Positions 19,045 through 28,805 of a stretch of DNA of 64,000 bases are shown here, piece by piece. The stretch lies in the NCBI GenBank assembly GCA_021208605.1, contig JAJOJK010000002.1:103851-167850 (forward strand), in the 5' to 3' direction. This DNA comes from Candidatus Woesebacteria bacterium (GTDB lineage: Bacteria; Patescibacteriota; Microgenomatia; UBA1400; UBA1396). How positions within the stretch are numbered: the stretch's first letter is position 1; the number at the start of each line of letters is the position of its first letter. The notes beneath the pieces are model-generated. The model worked only from the letters and a program-made list of their open reading frames with translations. It did no database searches and was not told the origin of the DNA. The position numbers and the translations under genes are program-made.

Positions 19045-19930
19045 CGCCTCCACCCGCCTGCTTATTCAAGGTATTACCGGAAAAGAAGGTTTGCGCTCAC
19101 TTGAATGGGTAACTGCCTACGGCACGAAAGTAGTAGCCGGTGTCACGCCCGGAAAAGGCGGCCAAGAAGTCGACGGAATTCCAGTCTACAACTCGGTTGA
19201 CGAAGCCGTCGCCGCTCACCCAGAAATCAATGCCAGTTCCATTTATGCTCCGCCCCGCTTTGTGCGCGCGGCCGCTTTGGAAGCGATTGCAGCCGACGTA
19301 CCGCTTATCCACATTATTGGTGAAGAAGTACCAGTGAAAGATACAGTAGACATTCTGCACGCTGCCCAAAAGAAAGGCGTACGCATTGTGGGGCCAGCAT
19401 CAATTGGGCTTATCTCTCCAGGTAAATCAAAAATTGGCTCCATTGGCGGTGATGATAATCAGCAGTTTGCGCCAGGAAACGTGGCTATCATTTCCAAATC
19501 TGGCGGCATGAGCAGTGAAATTGCCTTGCTGCTAAAAGCCCATGGATACGGACAATCAACCGTAATTGGGATTGGTGGAAACCAACTAATTGGCACCACG
19601 TATGCTGACGTCGTCGACGACTTAGAGAATGATGATGACACTGCCGCTGTCATCATTATTGGGGAAATTGGCGGGTTATATGAAGAATTGTTAGCAGAGA
19701 AACTCGCTACGCTCCCCAACCATAAACCCTATATTGCCTTTATCAGTGGTCGCTTTGCTGAAACGCTGCCCCAGGGAATGAGCTTTGGCCACGCTGGCGC
19801 TATTGTCGACAAACACATTGGCACCCGAATCGGAAAAATCGAACAACTGCAAGCAGTCGGCGCGCATATTGCTGAGAATCCATCTGCTATAGTAAAAATA
19901 CTCGACGAAATCGGAATACCAAAGGAGTAA
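19028..19930 (+). CDS. SucD-like CoA-binding alpha subunit with phosphohistidine loop
   Basis: QGITGKEG, SKSGGMSSE and GHAGAIV (catalytic His loop). Start at MSILLDAS overlaps the upstream gene by 17 nt. Confidence 0.75.
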   Translation: MSILLDASTRLLIQGITGKEGLRSLEWVTAYGTKVVAGVTPGKGGQEVDGIPVYNSVDEAVAAHPEINASSIYAPPRFVRAAALEAIAADVPLIHIIGEEVPVKDTVDILHAAQKKGVRIVGPASIGLISPGKSKIGSIGGDDNQQFAPGNVAIISKSGGMSSEIALLLKAHGYGQSTVIGIGGNQLIGTTYADVVDDLENDDDTAAVIIIGEIGGLYEELLAEKLATLPNHKPYIAFISGRFAETLPQGMSFGHAGAIVDKHIGTRIGKIEQLQAVGAHIAENPSAIVKILDEIGIPKE

Positions 19931-19934
19931 CTCC

Positions 19935-20693
19935 ATGCCAGATCTTACTTTTCGCACACAAGTCAGCGGAAAACACGAGGGAATTCACTTTGTTCGTGAT
20001 CTACCGCAAAGCGATTTAGTCGCTAATTCTTCATTTGCAGCTGCCGTTTATTATATGATCACTGGCCGCCAGCCAGATGCGGCGCAAGAAAAAGTTTTCA
20101 ACGCCATTTTGGTAGCCAGCATGGATCACGGTATTAGCCCGGCTTCCGGATTTGTGCCGCGCGTGGTTGCTTCCACAGGAAATAATCTGGTCCACTCCAT
20201 GGCTGCGGGTATTTTGGCTTTGGGCCCCTATCATGGCTTGGCGATCGAAGATGCTGCCAAAACGCTCGTGCAGGTGAAAGAAAAAGGCATAGAATCCCTG
20301 GAAGAATCACACTTTGCACCAAAAAAACGAATTCTCGGCCTCGGCCACCCGCACTACAAACATACTGATCCGCGGACTGATCAGCTCTTTGCGCTCGCCC
20401 GGGATGCTGGCCTCTCCACCGAGTACCAAGATGTCATGCATTCGGTGCAGGCTGCCGTCTATGAGCGACTCGAAAAGCACCTCGTTATAAATATTGACGG
20501 CGGCATTGCTGCCTTGCTCCTTGACCTCGGATTTCCACCCGAAGCCGGAAACGCCCTTTTTGCCATGGCGCGCATGGGTGGCATGATCGCGCATGTTTTG
20601 GAAGAAATTCAAAAAGAAAAACCCGTACGACGTGTGGACGAAAGTGATGTGCACTTTACCCCACCACATATTTCAGAAGGAAGTGAGGAATAA
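19935..20693 (+). CDS. Citrate-synthase-family small protein (citryl-CoA lyase-like)
   Basis: GLGHPHYKHTDPR matches the citrate synthase / citryl-CoA lyase catalytic His and DPR signature. 252 aa, much shorter than a true citrate synthase. Confidence 0.6.
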   Translation: MPDLTFRTQVSGKHEGIHFVRDLPQSDLVANSSFAAAVYYMITGRQPDAAQEKVFNAILVASMDHGISPASGFVPRVVASTGNNLVHSMAAGILALGPYHGLAIEDAAKTLVQVKEKGIESLEESHFAPKKRILGLGHPHYKHTDPRTDQLFALARDAGLSTEYQDVMHSVQAAVYERLEKHLVINIDGGIAALLLDLGFPPEAGNALFAMARMGGMIAHVLEEIQKEKPVRRVDESDVHFTPPHISEGSEE

Positions 20694-21988
20694 TGCAGCA
20701 CGCAGAGGTAACCGCCGTTATCTTGGCCGGTGGAGTTGGGAAACGTTTTGTCCCTTTCAAAACAGATAAAACGCTCTTTCCCTTTTTAGGACAATCACTT
20801 CTGGAAAGAACCCTTGGCATGGTATCCAAAGCGGGAATTCAATCGGTCATTGTGGCCGTAAACCCCTACAACCAAACCTGGGTACAAGCTGCGCAAACCA
20901 GATTCCCAGAGCTGAACATCACCACCCAACTCCAAGAAAAACCGCAAGGCATGGGTGACGCGCTCCTCACACTGCGCGATCTCCTTCCCGAGCAGCATAT
21001 TGTAGTCATGAACGCTGGCGACATGGTTACCCCTGACTTGCTCAACAACCTGCTCAACACTGCAGACGGAAAAGAAACCGTCTTGACCGGCATGTATACT
21101 CCTGAGTACCAACCACTGGGATACTTTGTGCTCGATGAAAACGAGAAAGTCGTCGGAATCATGGAAAAACCGGGTGCGGACAACATGCCAAGTCATCTCT
21201 CGAATTTAGTGTTCCACTACTTTGCGGATGCACAAGGATTTGTCTCTCTGGTTGCTGATGCACAAGCCACAGCCACCGCCGAAAGCGACGATGTCTACGA
21301 ACAAGCCCTAGATCGCCTCATGAAAACTCAGCCCGTTGACGTCTTCCGCTACGAAGGTCCCTGGCAAAAACTCAAGTTTGGCTACCACGTACTCGATATG
21401 ATCGAGTTCTTCCTGCAACCGCTTTCTCGAGATATCTCTGCTGAAGCTGAAATTGCCCCTACCGCCGTGGTGAACGGCGAAGTCGTGGTCGCTCCGGGCG
21501 CCCGAATTCTTGATGGCGCTATCGTGCAAGGACCCTGTTACATCGGTCCCAACGCCCTTATTGGGAACAATGCACTGGTGCGCAACAGTATTGTGGAAAC
21601 CGGTGCCGTGGTCGGCTTTGGCAGCGAGGTTGTCCGAAGCTATGTGGGTCCAAAATGTGATCTGCACCATGCGTATGTGGGTGATTCTGTTTTGGAGGAA
21701 GGCGTTCACTTTGGCTTTAATGCTCACACGGCCAACTATCGTTTCGATCACCAACCGGTGCCAATGAAATGGGTTACTGGCAAAACCGAAACTCCCAAAA
21801 ACAAACTCGGCGCTCTGATTGCAAAAAACACCGAAATCGGTGTCAATGCTTCACTCTTGCCTGGAGTCTGTATTGGAACAAAAGCCGTAATTTACCCAGC
21901 TACGGTGGTTTTTGCTGCTGTTCCAGACCATGCCGTGGTAAAAGAAAATCGCACGCAGACCATCGAAACTCAGCCTACCACAGACTGA
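20693..21988 (+). CDS. Sugar-1-phosphate nucleotidyltransferase with C-terminal left-handed beta-helix (GlmU / archaeal-type NDP-sugar pyrophosphorylase-like)
   Basis: LAGGVGKRF nucleotidyltransferase motif and C-terminal hexapeptide repeats. Its start ATG overlaps the upstream stop (TAATG). Confidence 0.7.
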   Translation: MQHAEVTAVILAGGVGKRFVPFKTDKTLFPFLGQSLLERTLGMVSKAGIQSVIVAVNPYNQTWVQAAQTRFPELNITTQLQEKPQGMGDALLTLRDLLPEQHIVVMNAGDMVTPDLLNNLLNTADGKETVLTGMYTPEYQPLGYFVLDENEKVVGIMEKPGADNMPSHLSNLVFHYFADAQGFVSLVADAQATATAESDDVYEQALDRLMKTQPVDVFRYEGPWQKLKFGYHVLDMIEFFLQPLSRDISAEAEIAPTAVVNGEVVVAPGARILDGAIVQGPCYIGPNALIGNNALVRNSIVETGAVVGFGSEVVRSYVGPKCDLHHAYVGDSVLEEGVHFGFNAHTANYRFDHQPVPMKWVTGKTETPKNKLGALIAKNTEIGVNASLLPGVCIGTKAVIYPATVVFAAVPDHAVVKENRTQTIETQPTTD

Positions 21989-22000
21989 TTTTTCCCTGAT

Positions 22001-22028
22001 TTGCGCGGGGACATAACCAGGGTATAAT
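22001..22028 (+). promoter_or_regulatory. Sigma70-like promoter for tRNA-Leu (TTGCGC-16-TATAAT)
   Basis: The -10 element ends about 10 nt upstream of the mature tRNA 5' end. Confidence 0.45.
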
Positions 22029-22038
22029 ACTCGATATT

Positions 22039-22125
22039 GCCGGGGTGGCGGAATTGGTAGACGCGCGAGACTTAAAATCTCGTTCCTTCACCGGAGTATG
22101 GGTTCGATTCCCATCCTCGGCACCA
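22039..22125 (+). tRNA. tRNA-Leu (anticodon TAA), class II with long variable arm, CCA encoded
   Basis: Acceptor GCCGGGG/CCTCGGC, anticodon loop CTTAAAA, long variable arm, T loop TTCGATT, 3' ACCA. Confidence 0.8.
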
Positions 22126-22288
22126 CAGTATCTTTTTTTATTGCTTTTTCTTACCGGTGCGGTATAATGTTTTTTTAACATGGGAATTTCGCATGAGAAC
22201 AGGGCACCTTACCAGTGTCTTTTTTTTGCCAAGACATGCTTACTTGCTCTTCCACCGTGTAAGAAGAGCTTCCTTTCTATTTCTCTAG

Positions 22289-22308
22289 GCGACGTGAGTC
22301 GCTTTTTT
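22289..22308 (+). terminator. Intrinsic terminator (gcgac-gtga-gtcgc-T6)
   Basis: Seen directly in the sequence. With a TATAAT at ~22172 it could delimit a ~130-nt transcript. Confidence 0.45.
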
Positions 22309-22330
22309 GTATAACAGACAGTGAGGCACA

Positions 22331-23516
22331 ATGGTAGCTCTTCGAAAAAGCGAACTTGAATATGGGTCCGTGGAAAGACATCCACTTTTGCTCGCCGAGC
22401 AACTTGATACGCTTATTTTCCAACATCAAGCAGAAATACAATCTATACCGGAAGACTGGGCTCGAGAACTCCTTCAGAGACCAGATGTGAAAGACCATAT
22501 CGTGCGTCTCACACAACAAGCACAGCATATTTTGACCGAACCACTGCGAACGTATCGCCAAAGTATGAATCCAAATCAAAAAAAAATTCGCTCTGCAAGA
22601 ACTTCAAAAAGCCTATCTTGATTTTTATTTACTTGTCGCTCCACACTCTGAACCACAAGCCAATCCACGAATCTTAGAAGCCCAAAATCGACGAAACGCA
22701 TTGCATGTGAGCCAAACAACAGGACATCGTATTCCACAAGTCTGGCTACCTGAATACCCCTCTGACACCGGACGCCACCGAGACCACGAACTTACTCCGA
22801 TCACATCTCTCAATGAAGTTGAAAAAGAACGTGTCGATGGTTGGTGGGGAACAAACGGACTCCTTGTTCATTTGGTCGGGGTGACTAATCTCTACGAAGG
22901 GCTTGTATCACTTATCAAAGAAGACCTTCCCAATCATCCCAACATGAGCCCTAGATTTAGAAATACCATCTCAAATATAAACACAGGCGATGGGATTATC
23001 TCTCTTTGGGGACATGATATTGGCCGCTTAGTAACACATCACCGAGTGCTTCACGCAGTTGTTAGCCAAATTATGCTTAAAATGATTGGATTTTCTGGTT
23101 TAGAAATGCAAGATCACGAACTTTCTATAAAGCATGGCTTTGCGAATTCCAACATAGAAGAAGGTTTTCATCCAGACCATATGGCTTTGATACTGAGAGA
23201 AATGCCAATAGATGAACTTATTTGGTACGGAGCCGATATGGTATCTAAACTACGACCAAATGGCACTATTCGTCGTCCCCGGACTTTCTATCGTGCAATG
23301 AAAGAAAGTGAATGGAAATATGTCAAAGCTGATGACATGGCAACGAAACATAACTATATTCGCCAAGCCCTATTTGCCGCCGTACTTGGAAATGCGCTCA
23401 CTGCTGACTCGGGACTTCGACTCACTCCAGAGCAAGCCGATGCCCCATTTGTACGAGCCGAACTCACTATGCATCGGTTTTTGCATAAACTCCAATCCAC
23501 ACGACCAACTCGATAA
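22331..23516 (+). CDS. Hypothetical protein, split into two frames at an A9 run (22578-22586)
   Basis: ORF 22331-22621 and ORF 22701-23516 (TTG-start artefact) become one continuous ~390-aa reading frame if the A9 run is A8. The frame is open with a coherent sequence across the junction. Confidence 0.45.
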
Positions 23517-23658
23517 CAGCGTTTCGACATTGATAGTTCTCCAATCTGTGCTATACTATCCGATAACTCAAGGATGATCCGTCGATCATTCTTGATCCAA
23601 GCAACGTAACCTGCACCGCAGGTGAAACCAAGCATCAAGAATTAGCAAGGATCATCAC

Positions 23659-24552
23659 ATGGCAGTTGAGCTTAGTAATTCCCTTACTTTTCACTATTAT
23701 CCCACCAGCGAACTCGCTCTTGGTGACCGTGTTGTCGGAAATGGTCGACGTCGAAAAGCGTTCGAACAAGGCACCGATCGTCACTGGGGGAAAGCTGAAG
23801 CTGCAGACTCTGCGGAAGAAGTTCAAGGTGGCGTCTTTGCTATTGCTGTTGCGAAGTGTCTTATGGGGTTTGACAATATGCCAGAATCATATCGGGACAC
23901 CATAGTATCAGGTGATATTATGCCACGCATTGGCACCGAATTCTTCAAAAAACCCCAAAATACTGATTACTCGCAAGAAATTAAAGCGAATTTTGCCCGC
24001 CTCTCGGAAGAAAAAGGGATCTATACGCTGGAATCATCTACTGCGGTGGGCACCCGTGGCGAGCACGAAAATCCAGATATCCGTTCTTTTGGCCTTGCGA
24101 CACAATTACACATTAACAATGATACCTTACGAGAACTCCAAACTGACCAGGGATTTTCCAAATACCAGAAAATGTTCGAGGAGCTCAACGGACATAGTTT
24201 TACTCTCGCCAATGTGGCCGGTGGGTTGTGTGCAGAAGTGTTATTTGCCCTAAATGCGGTCGAGAGCGTTGACGGCGTCAACATTCAGGAGTGCAGCCAT
24301 CAGGAGATTCTCGAAGCGGTCTCCACCAAGGACACTGAACTCTACTGGGCCATCTATGGTTCGCTGTACACCGCAATCTATACTATCTCGCCATTTGCGA
24401 TGGAATATACCGAAAAGAAAAAGCAGAGCACAAAAACAAAAAATTCACTGCCTGATATCGTCGACCGACTCTCTTCTATGCCTGATATCGAAACCCTCAC
24501 GCTGCGTGTCCTCATGAAAATGGCGCAAAATAAACCATACATCACTCGATAG
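23659..24552 (+). CDS. Hypothetical protein
   Basis: 297 aa ORF, no recognisable motif. Confidence 0.45.
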   Translation: MAVELSNSLTFHYYPTSELALGDRVVGNGRRRKAFEQGTDRHWGKAEAADSAEEVQGGVFAIAVAKCLMGFDNMPESYRDTIVSGDIMPRIGTEFFKKPQNTDYSQEIKANFARLSEEKGIYTLESSTAVGTRGEHENPDIRSFGLATQLHINNDTLRELQTDQGFSKYQKMFEELNGHSFTLANVAGGLCAEVLFALNAVESVDGVNIQECSHQEILEAVSTKDTELYWAIYGSLYTAIYTISPFAMEYTEKKKQSTKTKNSLPDIVDRLSSMPDIETLTLRVLMKMAQNKPYITR

Positions 24553-24613
24553 ATTTCACCGCTCAGCTTTCTCTGTAATTACTAGCCTGCCTTGTGATAG
24601 AATAACCTCTATC

Positions 24614-24687
24614 GCGGGAGTAGCTCAGCTGGCTAGAGCGTCTGCCTTCCAAGCAGAAGGTCGCGGGTTCGAATCCCGTCTCCCGCT
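24614..24687 (+). tRNA. tRNA-Gly (anticodon TCC)
   Basis: Acceptor GCGGGAG/CTCCCGC, D arm GCTC-AGCTGGCTA-GAGC, anticodon stem TCTGC/GCAGA with loop CTTCCAA, T arm GCGGG-TTCGAAT-CCCGT. Confidence 0.8.
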
Positions 24688-24775
24688 CTTTTTAATTTTT
24701 CCACATCATATCGACATTTTTAAAAAAAAGAGATAGAATGCCAGTAATTCCAGTGAAAAACAAGAAAAAGAGTTT

Positions 24776-25246
24776 ATGAACGGACCAGAAAGACCTGGTG
24801 CAGGACCTACTTTAGAAGAAGCACGAAAGTATTCAAAGAATTATTTTGAAAAGTTCAGTTTCAAAAGAGCTGAGCTCCTTGAAAAGTTAAGAAGATTTTA
24901 TTCTCCAACCAATTCTTATGGATGGCACATATACGAGAGTCAACAAGACCTCAAAGTTCGTAATGACTCCTTTGATGCCGTATCTTTGCATAACGATATT
25001 GAGATTGCAATCTACCTCTGTCTTGAAACAGACAATATCCCTTCATGCTTCTATATAGGAAACACGAATGAATTACATGCACCATGGGATATTTCTCTCA
25101 GTGACTTCAAAGACTTCTTAACACCCGCTCAGCGAAAAAAAATCTTGACGACTTTTCTAGAAAATAATACATATAATCTTGGAATCACTCTTGAGGATTT
25201 AGAAAATGGTGCTGACTCCGGCACAAATAATATTCCACATCGTTAG
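24776..25246 (+). CDS. Hypothetical protein (AT-rich ORFan)
   Basis: 156 aa ORF in an AT-rich segment following tRNA-Gly. Confidence 0.35.
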   Translation: MNGPERPGAGPTLEEARKYSKNYFEKFSFKRAELLEKLRRFYSPTNSYGWHIYESQQDLKVRNDSFDAVSLHNDIEIAIYLCLETDNIPSCFYIGNTNELHAPWDISLSDFKDFLTPAQRKKILTTFLENNTYNLGITLEDLENGADSGTNNIPHR

Positions 25247-25274
25247 AAAATAAATATGTTTCTACGAAACAGAA

Positions 25275-26294
25275 TCAACTCATTACTGAATCGATATTAG
25301 ATTCGCTCACTGGCAGTATCTCATATGAAAATGTGCCTAGTTTACGAGACGTATATCCTTCTGGCAAGGTAGGCGCTTCTCCTAACCGAAGCGTGTCAGC
25401 TGCAAATAACAACTTGCCATCAGGCGCAAGGCAAGACAGTTGCTGCTGCAAAGTGGATTCAGGTGGACCATATACATTAATAACGAGTTCGGCATCGGCA
25501 ACGAGTGGCTGATACTCGTCTGGAAAACGATCCGAATCAGTAAGCATATGTTGAAGTATCGTCAACTTCCCTTCGGCCTCAGCTTGCAGAAGCATTTCGA
25601 TAGTACGAATTTTTGTAGCTAAAGAAGGTGGCGCTTGTTGAGCAAATCCATGTTCATCGATATACTCTTGGAGACCTTTTAATTCATCCAGCAACTCCGC
25701 ATAGTTAAGAGTATCCACCACCACTATCTCAGGCAGGTCTCTGTGTGTATCGTCTAGTTCAAAAAATTGAATCACATCTAAGGGTGTGGGACTCATGCCG
25801 TTACCAAGGAAAACTATTTTTCGGGTTGTTGTCGTCAGTAATGCAATATATTCTTGCTCTGCTTGATGTATTTCTTCAGGCGCGGGATTCTCGGAGCAAA
25901 ATATTAGCCGGGCGGTTTCACTTGTGGACCGATCTGTGATGCCCGAGCCACCAAGAAAGTTTGGTGTTTCCACACCACTCAACAGTTGTATCATTTCATT
26001 CTGACGACGATCCCAAAGATCACGCTTCTCTGGATCATTATACAGGCCAGCTAAATACGCAATTAATGCGCGCTTGCTCTCATATTCTGACTGCTTTGCA
26101 TTCACCCCATATTCATGGTCTGCAAACCGTTGGATAAGCTCATCCCCGTTGAGGTTTTGGGCCGTTTTTTCCCGTGGAAAAATCAAAATATCCTCATGGC
26201 CAAATTCGAAACGAAAATGGTGTGTTCGACGAGAATACTCGTGGCAAAGAATCTGTAAAAAAAGGTTGTTGCGTTGCTCAGTGCGTGAAGTCAT
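25275..26294 (-). CDS. Hypothetical protein
   Basis: 339 aa ORF, no motif recognised. Confidence 0.45.
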   Translation of the reverse strand: MTSRTEQRNNLFLQILCHEYSRRTHHFRFEFGHEDILIFPREKTAQNLNGDELIQRFADHEYGVNAKQSEYESKRALIAYLAGLYNDPEKRDLWDRRQNEMIQLLSGVETPNFLGGSGITDRSTSETARLIFCSENPAPEEIHQAEQEYIALLTTTTRKIVFLGNGMSPTPLDVIQFFELDDTHRDLPEIVVVDTLNYAELLDELKGLQEYIDEHGFAQQAPPSLATKIRTIEMLLQAEAEGKLTILQHMLTDSDRFPDEYQPLVADAELVINVYGPPESTLQQQLSCLAPDGKLLFAADTLRLGEAPTLPEGYTSRKLGTFSYEILPVSESNIDSVMS

Positions 26295-26335
26295 GATGTA
26301 AGTGTACCTTTTTACATCGAAAAATCGAATATCCT

Positions 26336-26860
26336 ATGCAGTATCTTATTGAAATTATTAGCTTTTTTCTGATCCTATTCTTTCCAGAGACTACAACGCT
26401 TCTCGAAACATCAGCTGCACCGTCTACTCACATGCAGACATTATCAGCTATCAGAGTTATCGACGGCGACACCCTCAAAATCGCCTCGAGCGAGTCCACC
26501 CTCACCATCCGCGTCATCGGCATCAACACGCCCGAAACAAAAGACCCCCGTAAACCGGTGGAGTGCTTCGGTCAAGAAGCTTCGCAGAAGATGACGGAAC
26601 TTGTACAGGGTCAAACAGTCACCCTCATTGCGGACCCCTCACAAACGGATCGGGATCGCTATGATCGTTTGTTGCGCTATGTCGAACTCTCTGACGGTCG
26701 TGACGTCGGTGAAATCCTCATCCGCGAGGGATATGCGCAGGAGTACACCTACAACTCGCCGTACGCCCGACAAACAATATATAGAGAAGCCGAACAAGAA
26801 GCTCGCGACAACCAACGCGGCCTCTGGTCACCTGACACCTGTCCTGGATATGCGGAATGA
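26336..26860 (+). CDS. Secreted thermonuclease (staphylococcal-nuclease / SNase-like)
   Basis: Hydrophobic N-terminus; VIDGDT, RYVELSDGRDVGE, NQRGLW SNase motifs. Confidence 0.75.
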   Translation: MQYLIEIISFFLILFFPETTTLLETSAAPSTHMQTLSAIRVIDGDTLKIASSESTLTIRVIGINTPETKDPRKPVECFGQEASQKMTELVQGQTVTLIADPSQTDRDRYDRLLRYVELSDGRDVGEILIREGYAQEYTYNSPYARQTIYREAEQEARDNQRGLWSPDTCPGYAE

Positions 26861-26862
26861 AA

Positions 26863-28071
26863 TTAGGCCACAAAGTATCCCTGCACAAAAGCGGAGAGAT
26901 ACAACACCTGCAAAACCAACATACCAATAAAATACACCGCTTGCGCCCACTTTGGGCTTTTCCACAGCCAACCAGCCAAAATCAAAAAGAGGGGATATAA
27001 GTGCAACCCGTAGCGCGGCATACCTTGTAAGGTCCCTGTCACCATGGGAATCATGAGATGTACGAGCATGAGCATCCAGTACGAAAACCGTACTCTCCCC
27101 CAAGTAAACAAGAGAACCAAAAGATACAATGCCGTAAAGAGCGCTTCACCCCAGGCGACCCAATACACCAGGTGCACACGGGGATACAGCACTAAAATCT
27201 TGAAGTAGCGCCAAAATGTCTGGAGCGGAAAGGTGAGTTGACTGCGGTTCCACACTTCTACACTGGAAAAGAAAACATTCCAATCACCGAATTTCCCTTG
27301 TAGATATGCCAAGTAGCCCACAAAAGTGAGCGGAATCAAAAAGAACAGAAAAGCGTAGCGATGCTTCCACATATTTTTTGGTCGTAAAGCCAACAAAAAG
27401 GAAGTAAACGGTACATGCCAAGCCCACCGCTTTTGTAAAGCTGGAGCCAACTGAATCATGTACTCGGCACCCAAAAAGAAAAACAGGGCCAGTCCATTTA
27501 GACGCGCCAACGTGGCCACCATGCCGGCCAGCACGGCCCATAACCAGCGTTTTTGCCGGGCAAGTAAAATGGTGAAACTACTCAAAAACAGAAAGACCGC
27601 ATCTTGGTATACCGCCGTGAAATAATGCGCGGTTGGATAGGTCACGAGCACTGCCAATAAGAAAACATACGGCAGTCCTTTCCAGCGCTTCTCTTGGTGA
27701 TCGATTTTCCAGAGCTCACGCCAAACGACAAATACACCAATCAACGAAACAGAGGAAATTAACATGCCGCCAATGACATATGGAATTCCTAACGAGTGCA
27801 GTCCGCCCATAAGCATGGGTAATAACGGAAAAAACGGCACTTCTGGTAAACCATATCCACCGCGAGCAATACGCATAAACACCAAGCCGTCAAAGTTTCC
27901 CCAAGCAGTAATCCAGCGTGGTAACCCTTCGGCAAATTCAGCAGCCGCTAAGTAGCCGCGGCGAACCGGCACATATCGTAAAGCGAAAATGGTCAATGCA
28001 ATAATCCACACCCGCCAACTTACAAATAAAATGGTGGCTGACCACCACCACGGACGGGTTTTCTTTTGCAT
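26863..28071 (-). CDS. Integral membrane mannosyltransferase-like protein (PIG-V / Mannosyl_trans2-like, GT-C)
   Basis: WGNFDGLVFMRIARGGYGLPEVPFFPLLP resembles the PIG-V/Gpi18 signature (WDS.YF..IA..GY..E..AFFPL). At least 10 TM helices. Confidence 0.5.
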   Translation of the reverse strand: MQKKTRPWWWSATILFVSWRVWIIALTIFALRYVPVRRGYLAAAEFAEGLPRWITAWGNFDGLVFMRIARGGYGLPEVPFFPLLPMLMGGLHSLGIPYVIGGMLISSVSLIGVFVVWRELWKIDHQEKRWKGLPYVFLLAVLVTYPTAHYFTAVYQDAVFLFLSSFTILLARQKRWLWAVLAGMVATLARLNGLALFFFLGAEYMIQLAPALQKRWAWHVPFTSFLLALRPKNMWKHRYAFLFFLIPLTFVGYLAYLQGKFGDWNVFFSSVEVWNRSQLTFPLQTFWRYFKILVLYPRVHLVYWVAWGEALFTALYLLVLLFTWGRVRFSYWMLMLVHLMIPMVTGTLQGMPRYGLHLYPLFLILAGWLWKSPKWAQAVYFIGMLVLQVLYLSAFVQGYFVA

Positions 28072-28122
28072 ACCAGCTCTGAGTATAACAAGAAAGTTGT
28101 CATGAAAAAAGAGCTCAGAAAT

Positions 28123-28785
28123 CTATGGCCACAAGGGGAGCTTACTGATTAAACGTAAAGCATCGAGGACATTCATTCCTCGTTCAAAGTCGTGGTAGAT
28201 TGTCTCGATCTCCAGTGTCGTGTAGGGCAATTTTTGCTGCGCTACCCGAGCCGCAATTTCCATCTCTACTTCATATCCCAGTGCTTGCCAGCGTACCGAC
28301 TCAAAACCAGCTCGAGAAAAGCCCTTAAAACCGCTCAAGATATCTGGAATATACACGCCATATCGCCATTGGATAAAACGTGACAAAGCATGATTACCGA
28401 GACTTCGAGAACGCGGCATCTTCTGCCAAATATTGCGCACTTCGAACACTAAATCATGTCCTTGGTCGAGCTTTTCTAAAAACAATTTAATTTCTGCGGG
28501 GTTATGTTGGCCATCTCCGTCCAAAAAAACAAAGGACTCAATACCTGGCAATCGAAGCGCATACTCTGCTCCAGTGAGCATGGCCCCTCCTTTGCCAGTA
28601 TTCACTCCATGGCGAATAACGTGCGAAGTGTAGCGCTGCGCAATTTCGACGGTCCGATCCTTTGATCCATCATCCACCACTACCACCGGCAAAGAAATTT
28701 TCTGTTTTTGCAAATCAAGAAAGACACTCTCTAGGTGTTTCTCTTCATTGAAGGCCGGAATTACCAACGCAGTGGGCAAGGACAT
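28123..28785 (-). CDS. GT2 polyprenyl-phosphate sugar synthase (Dpm1 / Ppm1-like)
   Basis: LVIPAFNEE, VVVDDGSKDRT and FLDGDGQH are Dpm1-like GT-A motifs. Start set at MSLPTALVIP (28785). Confidence 0.7.
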   Translation of the reverse strand: MSLPTALVIPAFNEEKHLESVFLDLQKQKISLPVVVVDDGSKDRTVEIAQRYTSHVIRHGVNTGKGGAMLTGAEYALRLPGIESFVFLDGDGQHNPAEIKLFLEKLDQGHDLVFEVRNIWQKMPRSRSLGNHALSRFIQWRYGVYIPDILSGFKGFSRAGFESVRWQALGYEVEMEIAARVAQQKLPYTTLEIETIYHDFERGMNVLDALRLISKLPLWP

Positions 28786-28805
28786 ACTCGAGTATTGTAC
28801 CGCGA

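Noticed and set aside
22701-22703. TTG-initiated ORF starts listed in the track (22701, 10226, 16847, 37206, 44172)
   Set aside because: In each case the upstream in-frame sequence is open and coherent, or an ATG lies nearby. These are frame-continuation artefacts, not real start codons.
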